Of a stretch of 29,939 bases of DNA, positions 22,101 to 29,939 are shown one piece after another. The translations under genes and the position numbers were made by a program. The notes under the pieces were generated by a model, which saw nothing but the letters and a program-made list of their open reading frames with translations, ran no database searches and was not told where the DNA came from. Each line of letters opens with the position of its first letter. Position 1 is the stretch's first letter. The DNA is from a virus (Duplodnaviria; Caudoviricetes): the IMG/VR virus record IMGVR_UViG_3300030372_001041, positions 1 to 29,939 of that record. One strand, 5' to 3'.

Positions 22101-23557
22101 TGCGTATTGAATATAACTTGATGCCACAAGGCAAAGTGCTTCAAGACTTCAATGACTGTCGTGCTCGTAATTCTTTTATCATGGGGCCGCTTGGATCAGG
22201 AAAAACCGTACAATGTATTCTTAAATTATTTGATTTGATGTGTGAACAAGCTCCTGTCAGCAGAAAAACACATAAAAACTACGGTGTAAGACTATCTCGC
22301 ATCATTGCAGCACGAAATACCTACTCAGAACTCTTCTCTACAACCATAAAAGACTGGTTAGAAATACATGGCGAGCTGGGTGAGTTCAAACAAGGTAACA
22401 AAGAACCTCCTACACATTTCATAAGATTTAAACTTGAAGATGGAACATACGTTCATTGTGATGTCATCTTTATCGCATTTGATCGCCCTGAGCACGTTAA
22501 AAAGGCTAGGGGTATCCAGACTACTTGGGTGTGGTTAAACGAGACGAAAGAGCATTCTAAGGCCGTTTTGGACATGTTAGACCTACGACATGGCAGATAT
22601 CCCTCCAACAAAGAAGGATGTACGGCTACACATCATGGAATTATAGGTGATTCTAACGCACCTGATGAAGATCACTGGTATTTTAAACTAGCGGAAATAG
22701 AACGACCTGATAACTGGTCATTTTTTAGACAACCTGGTGGTGTTTACAAAGATGGTGAGAGTTGGGCTGTCAACCGACAAGCAGAAAACATAAAAAATTT
22801 GCCTGATGGCTACTATGATCGTGGTATGCAAGGTAAGTCTGATGACTGGATAAAGGTAAATCTAGCTAATGAGTATGGTTTTGTATCTAATGGCAAGCCT
22901 GTGCATCCTATGTATACGGATTCGGTGCACTGTCAACACATAGATTTTGCTTTGGATAGGTCTACACCTGTTATTTTAGGCTTTGATTTTGGTAGAACAC
23001 CAGCTTGTGCGTTTTTACAACGTACATCTATGGGCAGATGGGTTTGTTTTGATGAATTTGTACAACAAGATTCAGGTGCAATAGACTTTGCGCCATCACT
23101 CAAACGGTATATTGAAGAACATTATCCAGAAAACACGTTCAAAGGTTGGGGTGATCCCTCTGGTAACAACAGAAACCAAGCAAATTCTGATACACCCTTT
23201 CAAATACTACGTGCTGCTGGTATACCCTGTCAACCAACACAGACAAATGACCCAATGAAACGTAGAGCAGCCCTAGAAGTGCCTATGAAAGAGATGTGTA
23301 TGGATGGCAAACCTAGATTTTTGGTGTTACCAAAAGCATCTATGATAAGAAAAGGACTACAGGGTGGGTTTTGTTACCGCAGAGTACAAACACAGGGCGA
23401 AAAATATACGGATGAGCCAGATAAAAACGAATATTCACACCCAGTAGAAGCCCTGGAGTACGCATTACAGGGTGAAGGTGAAGGCAGAGCAGCATTAACT
23501 AGGGTATCTAATTTTTCTAAACCTACTACAGCAAAAATACAAGTCAGCGTATTCTAA
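22100..23557 (+). CDS. terL: Terminase large subunit
   Basis: Walker A GPLGSGKT, Walker B WVWLNE, coupling motif DSNA, nuclease GFDFG, WGDPSG and SHPVEALEY. Confidence 0.95.
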   Translation: MRIEYNLMPQGKVLQDFNDCRARNSFIMGPLGSGKTVQCILKLFDLMCEQAPVSRKTHKNYGVRLSRIIAARNTYSELFSTTIKDWLEIHGELGEFKQGNKEPPTHFIRFKLEDGTYVHCDVIFIAFDRPEHVKKARGIQTTWVWLNETKEHSKAVLDMLDLRHGRYPSNKEGCTATHHGIIGDSNAPDEDHWYFKLAEIERPDNWSFFRQPGGVYKDGESWAVNRQAENIKNLPDGYYDRGMQGKSDDWIKVNLANEYGFVSNGKPVHPMYTDSVHCQHIDFALDRSTPVILGFDFGRTPACAFLQRTSMGRWVCFDEFVQQDSGAIDFAPSLKRYIEEHYPENTFKGWGDPSGNNRNQANSDTPFQILRAAGIPCQPTQTNDPMKRRAALEVPMKEMCMDGKPRFLVLPKASMIRKGLQGGFCYRRVQTQGEKYTDEPDKNEYSHPVEALEYALQGEGEGRAALTRVSNFSKPTTAKIQVSVF

Positions 23558-23892
23558 TGATCAGCAAAGTGTTTGTAATTTTTGAAGATGACAAGACAAA
23601 TTGGTGGTCTTGGTTACTAAAAAAAGGCTGTCGGCATTGTTATTTAGTCAAACCCTCGCCTAATGGCTACATAATTCATGGTAAAAGGCAGGAAGGTTTT
23701 GATTTATTTACTGTTAAAGACCAAGATAGTATAATCCAAGACATCTTTGCGATTGTGGATTACGTTCCTGTAGAGAAAAAAAGGTCATTATTTATGTTAA
23801 ACACTTGTGTAGGCCATATAAAACAGATGCTAGGAATAAATAATCCATTAATTTTAACGCCATATCAATTATTAAAGCACATGAGGAAGTAA
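23557..23892 (+). CDS. Hypothetical protein, possibly a permuted papain-like peptidase
   Basis: RHCYLV...NTCVGHIKQMLGI...TPYQL, with His before Cys. Confidence 0.6.
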   Translation: MISKVFVIFEDDKTNWWSWLLKKGCRHCYLVKPSPNGYIIHGKRQEGFDLFTVKDQDSIIQDIFAIVDYVPVEKKRSLFMLNTCVGHIKQMLGINNPLILTPYQLLKHMRK

Positions 23893-23894
23893 TC

Positions 23895-24212
23895 ATGGGA
23901 TTTCTAAAAAGACCCAAAGCCCCAGAACCTACAGCACAAGAGCTTGCAGTTGTTGAAAGACAATCAAGACGGCTTGATGAAGAAATAGAAGAGCAAGAAA
24001 AAAGACTGAAAGCGATTGCACGTGGAAGATTAGGCACAGCGTCTTTACTTGCACCAGGAACACAAACATCAACTAAATCAATGCGTAGCAGAAGTGGATC
24101 AAGAGGTCAAAGAGCAGCTAGAGGAAGCATGATGGGTGCTATGGGAGGTGCATACGGATCAAGTGGCATATCTTCAAATGCAACTGAAGGTGCTAGAATG
24201 TCAAGTAAGTAA
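23895..24212 (+). CDS. Small protein preceding the portal (possible virion component)
   Basis: GAGG RBS; KRPKAPEP, a coiled coil, GTASLL and a Gly/Ser-rich tail. Confidence 0.7.
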   Translation: MGFLKRPKAPEPTAQELAVVERQSRRLDEEIEEQEKRLKAIARGRLGTASLLAPGTQTSTKSMRSRSGSRGQRAARGSMMGAMGGAYGSSGISSNATEGARMSSK

Positions 24213-24225
24213 CTGAGTATTTATT

Positions 24226-25797
24226 ATGCAAATTCCAAAAGAGCTTGGATCATACGATGATATAAAAAGAAGAGAGCAAGACGCATTTAAGAGGATGTCA
24301 AACTGGCATGACTTGTTAGATGATGTCTATGAATATTTTTTACCTAACAGAAACTTGTTTGATGACTTTGCAAAAGGTCAAAAGAAGATGGATCGTATCT
24401 TTGATTCAACAGCTATGGAAGCAATACAGCAAGCAGCAAGCAAACTTCAAGAAAATATTGCACCTATACAAGCACGTTGGGCTACGTTTGCACCATCAAA
24501 TGAGATTTTAAATGAATTAGCAACAGGTGATTTTGACGTTACAGAAAAAGATATACGCGAAAACCTTGAGAATCAAGCAACCATAGTCTTTGATTACATA
24601 AACAGATCAAACTTTGCTACACAATTTTTTGAGCACGCACTAGATTTACTTGTTGGCACAGGCACATTACGTATTGATGAAGCTGATGACAATGATATGC
24701 CTATTGTATTTACAGCTATACCGCAGAAAGGCATTGCATTTGAAGAAGGCCCATACGGAACTGTAGAAACACATTGGCGTAGATTTAAGATGAAGGCAAG
24801 AGATATACCTCGCAAGTACAGGGGTTATCAGCCTACACAAAAAATGCAATCTATCATGGAAAGTAAACCAGATACTGAGTGCGATATACGAGAAGGTGTA
24901 ATTTTTGATCCTAAAAAAGAAAAATACTATGGTCTTGTTTGGAATGATAAAGATGATCGCATAAGTTGGATGGAAGATTATGGAAAGTCTAGCCCATGGG
25001 TGACAGGAAGATACTCAAAAACAGCTGGTGAAATACGTGGTAGAGGGCCAGCAGTACAAGCATTACCTGATGTACGCTCTCTCAACAAAGTAAAAGAGTT
25101 TGTATTGCAAAAAGCAGCTATAGACTTGTCAGGTATGTATACAGCGACAGATGATGGCGTTACTAATCCATACAACATTGTTATTAGTCCGGGAGTTGTC
25201 ATACCTGTTGGCTCAAATAACTCATCAAATCCATCTATACAGCGATTAGATACAGGCACAAACTTATCTTTGGTGCAGTTTGAAGTACAAGATTTACAAA
25301 ACGCTATAAAGAAAACATTGTTTAATGACTTACGTGATCCAACAGGGCCAGTAAGATCAGCAACAGAAATAGCTTTAGATTCAAGAGAACTAGCAAGAAG
25401 AATAGGATCAGCATTTGGCAGACTGCAAACAGAAGTACTTATCCCTATACTTAAGCGAGTTACTTTTATTCTTACACGTAGAGGTTTGTTGCAGCCACTA
25501 CAGTTAGACGGCAGAGATGTTGAAATTAAGTTTTTATCACCACTTGCTAAAGCACAAGATGGTGAAGATATTATAAACGTACAACAAGCAGTACAGTTTG
25601 TTATGCAAAACGCAGGGCCAGATCAAGCATTGATTGGATTTAAGCTAGAAGATTTTGCGGCTTGGGTTGCATCTAAAACTGGTATGCCAGCCGAACTTGT
25701 AAGATCACAGGCAGAAAAAGAAACAGCTATACAGGCTGGTGCACAAGCAGAAGCAGCAGGTATGAAAACATCTGAAAGGCCAATGCCACAACAATGA
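24226..25797 (+). CDS. Portal / head-tail connector (T7 gp8 / BPP-1 type)
   Basis: 523 aa; IFDSTA, SNFATQ..LDLLVGTG, RGRGPAVQALPDVRSLN, SATEI, GRLQTE and FLSPLAKAQ. Confidence 0.93.
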   Translation: MQIPKELGSYDDIKRREQDAFKRMSNWHDLLDDVYEYFLPNRNLFDDFAKGQKKMDRIFDSTAMEAIQQAASKLQENIAPIQARWATFAPSNEILNELATGDFDVTEKDIRENLENQATIVFDYINRSNFATQFFEHALDLLVGTGTLRIDEADDNDMPIVFTAIPQKGIAFEEGPYGTVETHWRRFKMKARDIPRKYRGYQPTQKMQSIMESKPDTECDIREGVIFDPKKEKYYGLVWNDKDDRISWMEDYGKSSPWVTGRYSKTAGEIRGRGPAVQALPDVRSLNKVKEFVLQKAAIDLSGMYTATDDGVTNPYNIVISPGVVIPVGSNNSSNPSIQRLDTGTNLSLVQFEVQDLQNAIKKTLFNDLRDPTGPVRSATEIALDSRELARRIGSAFGRLQTEVLIPILKRVTFILTRRGLLQPLQLDGRDVEIKFLSPLAKAQDGEDIINVQQAVQFVMQNAGPDQALIGFKLEDFAAWVASKTGMPAELVRSQAEKETAIQAGAQAEAAGMKTSERPMPQQ

Positions 25798-26075
25798 GTT
25801 GGACAAACATAGATGATCCTGAATTAGCAAAACAAGCTAAGAAAGAATCAGAAATCCGCAAGCAAAATCACACAGAACTTGCAAAAAAATATCACAGAGT
25901 CTTTACATCTGAGGACGGACAAAGTATTTTGTCGGACTTAACCAAGCGGTTTATCTATGAAAACGATACACAGTTTGGTTCTACAAACATTAATTATGAA
26001 GCTGCATACCATGATGGTGAGTCAGGAGTAGTTAAATTTATAATTAATCAACTCAAACAAGCAGAAATACTTTAA
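25794..26075 (+). CDS. Conserved small protein after the portal (Bbp19-like)
   Basis: YHRVFTSEDGQSILSDL...AYHDGESGVVKFI. Confidence 0.75.
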   Translation: MSWTNIDDPELAKQAKKESEIRKQNHTELAKKYHRVFTSEDGQSILSDLTKRFIYENDTQFGSTNINYEAAYHDGESGVVKFIINQLKQAEIL

Positions 26076-26085
26076 GGAAATAACA

Positions 26086-26802
26086 ATGTCAGAAGAAGTT
26101 GAACAGGCCGTTGAAGAAACAACAAACGATACCCTGCTAGATCAAGCTGAACCAACATTGGCAGAAGGAGAATACTTTTTAGCAGAAGGTATCAAGGGAG
26201 TCGGTGAAGCCCCAGAATGGTTAGATAAAAAGTATAAAACCGTATCAGATCAAGCAAAAGGTTATGCGGAACTATCTAAAAAGTTTGGAGCATTTAGAGG
26301 ATCACCAAAAGATGGATACCAACCGCCAGAAGGTGTTGAAAAAGATGACGCTTTATATCAAGAGCTAGAAGCGTTTGCTACAAAAACAAACATGAGTGCA
26401 GATGCTTTTGGTGAAGCATGGGAGTTATTGACTGCACAAGAGCAAGCAGTAGAAGAAGTCAGTCAAGAGTTAGAGTTACAAAAACTTGGTGACAATGCTC
26501 AAAATAGGATAAAGAATGTTGAAGGGTTTATGAAAAACAATCTTGATCCTGATACTTATGAAAGAGCAAGATCATTAGTTACAACTGCTGACAATATAGA
26601 GCTAGTAGAAATGCTAGTGCAAGCTACTGCACCAGTTAAGTTACCGATTGAAGGTGGGCCAAATCCTGAAGGGCTTACTATGGAAATGATAGAAGCTGAA
26701 ATGTTTAAGAAAGATGAGCATGGTAATCTTCTTAGAAGTGTAAATATTGAGCATGACCGCAAAGTAAAACGAATGTTAGAAGCATTTGCTGGAACTAATT
26801 GA
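26086..26802 (+). CDS. Capsid assembly scaffolding protein
   Basis: Acidic, 238 aa; PEWLDKKY..AKGYAELSKKFG. Lies between portal and capsid. Confidence 0.78.
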   Translation: MSEEVEQAVEETTNDTLLDQAEPTLAEGEYFLAEGIKGVGEAPEWLDKKYKTVSDQAKGYAELSKKFGAFRGSPKDGYQPPEGVEKDDALYQELEAFATKTNMSADAFGEAWELLTAQEQAVEEVSQELELQKLGDNAQNRIKNVEGFMKNNLDPDTYERARSLVTTADNIELVEMLVQATAPVKLPIEGGPNPEGLTMEMIEAEMFKKDEHGNLLRSVNIEHDRKVKRMLEAFAGTN

Positions 26803-26835
26803 TATTTATACAAAATACGAGTTATAATCGGGACA
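26799..26835 (+). promoter_or_regulatory. Capsid promoter TTGATA-N18-TATAAT
   Basis: -35 at 26799-26804 and -10 at 26823-26828, followed by CGGGACA as at 14984-14998 (-). Confidence 0.68.
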
Positions 26836-26946
26836 ACTGGATACCGTATATCGCCCAGTAAATTTAGGTTGGATGCTGACCATTTACTGGGTACTCAGCT
26901 AAAACCTCAAAAAAATATTTAATTTACTCTTTTTGAGGATATTATT
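26835..26946 (+). ncRNA. Structured capsid 5' leader (pseudoknot / anti-SD switch)
   Basis: CCCAGTAAAT(26854)/ATTTACTGGG(26882) stem. Loop GCTGA and AGGTT pair with TCAGC(26895) and AACCT(26903). CCTCAAAAA(26905) pairs with TTTTTGAGG(26930), which contains the SD. Confidence 0.6.
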
Positions 26947-27780
26947 ATGAGTAAGAATCTTGGATTGACAGCGGTAGCGGTAATTGAGTTTGACTCATTA
27001 GTTAAGCATGCATATGCTGGCATGGGATTACTTAAGCCCTCCGTAACTGTCAGAAATAATGTAATAGGCGAAACATATAAGTTTCGTAAAATGGGTAAAG
27101 GACTTGCTAATCAGAAATCAACTTCTGACTTAGTCACTCCTATGGATGTGACCCACGAAGTACAAACTGCAACTATGCAGAACTGGAATGCTCCAGAATT
27201 CACAGATATGTTTGATCAAGCAGAAGTAAACTTTGACGAGAAGCAAGAGCTAGCAACAACTATTGCTGGTGCTTTAAGCCGAAGAGAAGATCAACTTATT
27301 ATTGATGTTATGGATGGAGCATCACCAACAACTATAGCTCATGGAAGCGCAGCTTTAACTATGGATAAAGTTATTGAAGCACAGGCCACTTTGCGTAAGC
27401 AAAATGTACCAAGTAGTGATCTTCATGCTGCTATCAATGGTGATGGATTAAAAGGTCTGTTAAAAGATACAAAAGCAACTTCTTCTGATTTCCAAACGAT
27501 CAAAGCATTAGTATCAGGTGATATAAATACACTTGCTGGTTTTGCTGTCCATGTTGTTGGAACAAGAACAGAAGGTGGCTTGACTGTAACTTCTAATACT
27601 GTTGATTCATATTTCTATCACAAAGAAGCAGTAGGACTTGCTATTGGTATAGAAATGAAAACATCTATTGACTACATACCAGAGCGTACATCATTCCTTT
27701 GTAACGGAATGCTGAAAGCTGGTGCAGTAGTTAGGGATGCTGACGGTATTATTAAAGTTGAATATAAAGATAACGTATAA
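26947..27780 (+). CDS. Major capsid protein
   Basis: 277 aa; EFDSLVKHAY, YKFRKMGKG, APEFTDMFDQAEVNFDE and ALSRREDQLIID. Follows the scaffold gene. Confidence 0.92.
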   Translation: MSKNLGLTAVAVIEFDSLVKHAYAGMGLLKPSVTVRNNVIGETYKFRKMGKGLANQKSTSDLVTPMDVTHEVQTATMQNWNAPEFTDMFDQAEVNFDEKQELATTIAGALSRREDQLIIDVMDGASPTTIAHGSAALTMDKVIEAQATLRKQNVPSSDLHAAINGDGLKGLLKDTKATSSDFQTIKALVSGDINTLAGFAVHVVGTRTEGGLTVTSNTVDSYFYHKEAVGLAIGIEMKTSIDYIPERTSFLCNGMLKAGAVVRDADGIIKVEYKDNV

Positions 27781-27791
27781 GGAGAACTATC

Positions 27792-28052
27792 ATGGCTTTT
27801 TCAAGAGACGGTTTATCAAGAGTTGGTGGTTCTGGAAACTCACGTGCAGTTTGGTTATATGCTTCTACTGATGCGCCAGCAACAGTTACAGGCTCAAACT
27901 ACATGTTAGCTGCAATAGATGAAATATCTTTAGGTGATGTCGTATTGGTTGTTGATACAGATGGTGTTGCAGTAACAGCAACATTTTGTAAAACAAACGA
28001 TGGATCAACTAGTATTGATTTAGCATCAGGAACCGCATTAGGCGATTCATAA
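27792..28052 (+). CDS. Putative capsid decoration / minor head protein
   Basis: 86 aa with an AAGGAG RBS, between the capsid gene and its terminator. WLYASTD..NYM..LGDVVLVV. Confidence 0.65.
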   Translation: MAFSRDGLSRVGGSGNSRAVWLYASTDAPATVTGSNYMLAAIDEISLGDVVLVVDTDGVAVTATFCKTNDGSTSIDLASGTALGDS

Positions 28053-28058
28053 TTGAAT

Positions 28059-28081
28059 GGGGGGTTTATCCCCCCTTTCTT
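28059..28081 (+). terminator. Intrinsic terminator after the head genes
   Basis: GGGGGG-TTTAT-CCCCCC-TTTCTT. Confidence 0.8.
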
Positions 28082-28093
28082 AAAAGGTAAATT

Positions 28094-28651
28094 ATGGCTA
28101 CAAAAATAGAGCTAATATCAAATGCTTTAATTTTGATTGGTGACTTACCCATTACATCGCTAGATGGTAATACAAGGGCGCAGACTGTAGCCAACAATCT
28201 TTATGACAACATTGTGCAGAGTGAACTCACAAAGTTTACTTGGGGTTTTGCACGTAAAAAAGCACAGATTGATTTAACTGTAGACAGCCCAGTAGGTACA
28301 GAGTGGCAGTCTATCTATCAACTACCTGCTGATATGTTATTTTTAATTAGAGTAAATCCCCTCGTGCCTTACAATTTGTATGGTGACAAGCTATACACAA
28401 ACACAAAATCTGCTTTATTTGTAGATTACATTTACAACGCACCAGAATCTACATGGCCTGTATACTTCAGTAAGATGATAGAGTATGCATTAGCTATGGA
28501 TTTTGCACCGTCTATACGAGATAGTGGTGGTGCTATGGATGCAAATGCAAGGCAGTACGTCAATGCATCACGCATGGCTAGATATACTGACTCGCAACAA
28601 TACCCTGTACAACCTATCGCTAGTAACCCATTTGTTAATGTAAGGGGCTAA
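28094..28651 (+). CDS. Tail tubular protein A / gatekeeper (T7 gp11-like)
   Basis: IELISNALILIGDLPITSL..WGFARK..YQLPADML..WPVYF..LAMDFA. Confidence 0.88.
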   Translation: MATKIELISNALILIGDLPITSLDGNTRAQTVANNLYDNIVQSELTKFTWGFARKKAQIDLTVDSPVGTEWQSIYQLPADMLFLIRVNPLVPYNLYGDKLYTNTKSALFVDYIYNAPESTWPVYFSKMIEYALAMDFAPSIRDSGGAMDANARQYVNASRMARYTDSQQYPVQPIASNPFVNVRG

Positions 28652-28653
28652 CC

Positions 28654-29939
28654 ATGCCCATGTCTAAGTTTTTCCAAAGTGCATTTATGAGTGGAGAGCT
28701 TTCTCCTCTGATAAAAGGAAGAGTAGACATAGATCAATACTATAAGGGTATGCAAACTGCTGAGAACGTAGTTATTGTACCGCAAGGTGGCTTGAAGCGT
28801 AGACCTGGCACTCAACACGTAGCAACAGCAGAAAAAATATTTACACCTTTTGTTGGCACATCATTTATTTCTTTACCAAATGGCGGTACAGCAGCCAACA
28901 TAAATGATTTTGATTCTAGTACGGTGAGCGTTACAACAACAAATATAGGAGTTTTAGGAACTTCTGGTCAATCAGATTATGTTGTTGCTTTGTATGATTT
29001 GTCTAGTGATAGTAATCGTGGCAAGTTTATTGAAGTAAAAGATATAAAATTATCTGGAACAGGTACAGGAGTTTTTTTAGTTCAAGTATCTTCAGATAAT
29101 TCAAGTTACTCTACTTTACGAACAGTAACAGTAACAGCAGAGGGTCAATCTTTTAAAGATAGAGTACCAGATACTAGCGATGTTAAATATTTTAGAATTA
29201 TAAGAACAGAAGACACAGGGGATTTAGGTTCATTAAAAATATCTGTAAGTGAATTTAATGTTTTATTTCCATCAACATCTGCATCAGAAGCAAAAACTTT
29301 TGATTTTAGCGTTGAGTCAGACCGACATTATTTAGGTGTTTTGACAGGAGGCTTTGATACTTTTGCTTTTACAATAAGCTCTGGCACACCAACAGTTGGA
29401 AATAGCTATACTGTTAACAGCTCTACTTATAGAGTTTTGTCAGTTGTAGGTAGCGTTGCAAAAGCTGAAAGAACTTCAGGTACTCTTGAACCACCAACAT
29501 CAGGCACTTTAGCTGGCACTCCAACACTTACTTATAGTGCAGTTGTAAATTCAAGCTCTTTTGGTAACTTATCTTTGTACAGAGTACAAGAATCTCAAAC
29601 TATATTTAATGCTATTGCATATTTAACTGTGCCATTTAGATCAACAGAAGTATCTGACGTAAGAGATGTGCAAACAGAAAATGTAATGTTGATGTTCCAC
29701 ATGGAACATTTTCCTAGAAGAATTATAAATACAGATTCTACTACGTTTGTTATTGATAACATTCCTTTTTTAAATATACCACAGTTTGATTTTAATGATG
29801 CATCAAGCCCTACACCTACTGCAGCCGTACAGGTAATGACACTTCCTAATACTGGTTCAGGCCCAATAAAAATAGGTGATAGATTTCAAATAGATGTAGA
29901 AGGCGTATTAAGTAAAAACATTACATTTGCTGGCGATAC
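28654..29939 (+). CDS. Tail tubular protein B, 5' part (continues through the join into 1..1644; not in the ORF track)
   Basis: MPMSKFFQSAFMSGELSPLIKGRVDIDQYYKGMQTAENVVIVPQGGLKRRPGT is the typical N-terminus. In frame with base 1. Confidence 0.9.
   Translation, partial: MPMSKFFQSAFMSGELSPLIKGRVDIDQYYKGMQTAENVVIVPQGGLKRRPGTQHVATAEKIFTPFVGTSFISLPNGGTAANINDFDSSTVSVTTTNIGVLGTSGQSDYVVALYDLSSDSNRGKFIEVKDIKLSGTGTGVFLVQVSSDNSSYSTLRTVTVTAEGQSFKDRVPDTSDVKYFRIIRTEDTGDLGSLKISVSEFNVLFPSTSASEAKTFDFSVESDRHYLGVLTGGFDTFAFTISSGTPTVGNSYTVNSSTYRVLSVVGSVAKAERTSGTLEPPTSGTLAGTPTLTYSAVVNSSSFGNLSLYRVQESQTIFNAIAYLTVPFRSTEVSDVRDVQTENVMLMFHMEHFPRRIINTDSTTFVIDNIPFLNIPQFDFNDASSPTPTAAVQVMTLPNTGSGPIKIGDRFQIDVEGVLSKNITFAGD
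29839..29939 (+). repeat. Terminal direct repeat, right copy
   Basis: 100/101 identical to 1-101. Confidence 0.97.

Noticed and set aside
26835-26946. Hammerhead, twister or pistol ribozyme in the capsid leader
   Set aside because: I could not find the catalytic consensus (e.g. CUGAnGA with GAAA). Kept only as a structured leader.
27760-27800. T7 10A/10B-type frameshift extension of the capsid
   Set aside because: No slippery sequence is seen before the stop, and the next gene has its own AAGGAG RBS.
1-29939. tRNA/rRNA genes, integrase, auxiliary metabolic genes, alternative genetic code
   Set aside because: None was recognised by eye, and the standard code gives full-length genes at high density. 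tRNAscan was not run.

Overview
This window looks like a complete, circularly permuted genome of a small tailed dsDNA phage. The first 101 nt repeat the last 101 nt with one synonymous mismatch, giving a unit length of 29,838 bp. The sequence is AT-rich and its gene families are typical of marine podoviruses; I cannot identify the host. The + strand carries a T7/BPP-1-type short-tail morphogenesis module: terS, SNase nuclease, terL, portal, scaffold, capsid, tail tube proteins A and B, three ejection-type proteins, a fibre adaptor, a repeat-rich fibre with a C-terminal chaperone, holin candidates and an M15 endolysin. The middle holds a lambdoid-type replication and recombination block: a Cro-like HTH, O- and P-like genes with iterons, NinB- and NinG-like genes, an annealing protein and SSB. 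I saw no polymerase, helicase or integrase. A minus-strand early operon contains an Ocr-like DNA mimic, and a second minus-strand operon encodes six tiny Lys/Arg-rich proteins, four of them missing from the ORF track. The most unusual signals are non-coding. (i) A promoter-to-terminator RNA of about 55 nt (15055-14999, minus) is antisense to a CAATCAA..AAAGG ribosome-binding leader shared by several early and middle genes. (ii) The capsid 5' leader can fold as either a pseudoknot or an SD-sequestering hairpin. (iii) TAC-N5-GTA operator-like boxes overlap both early control regions. All protein calls come from motif recognition by eye; no database searches were run.
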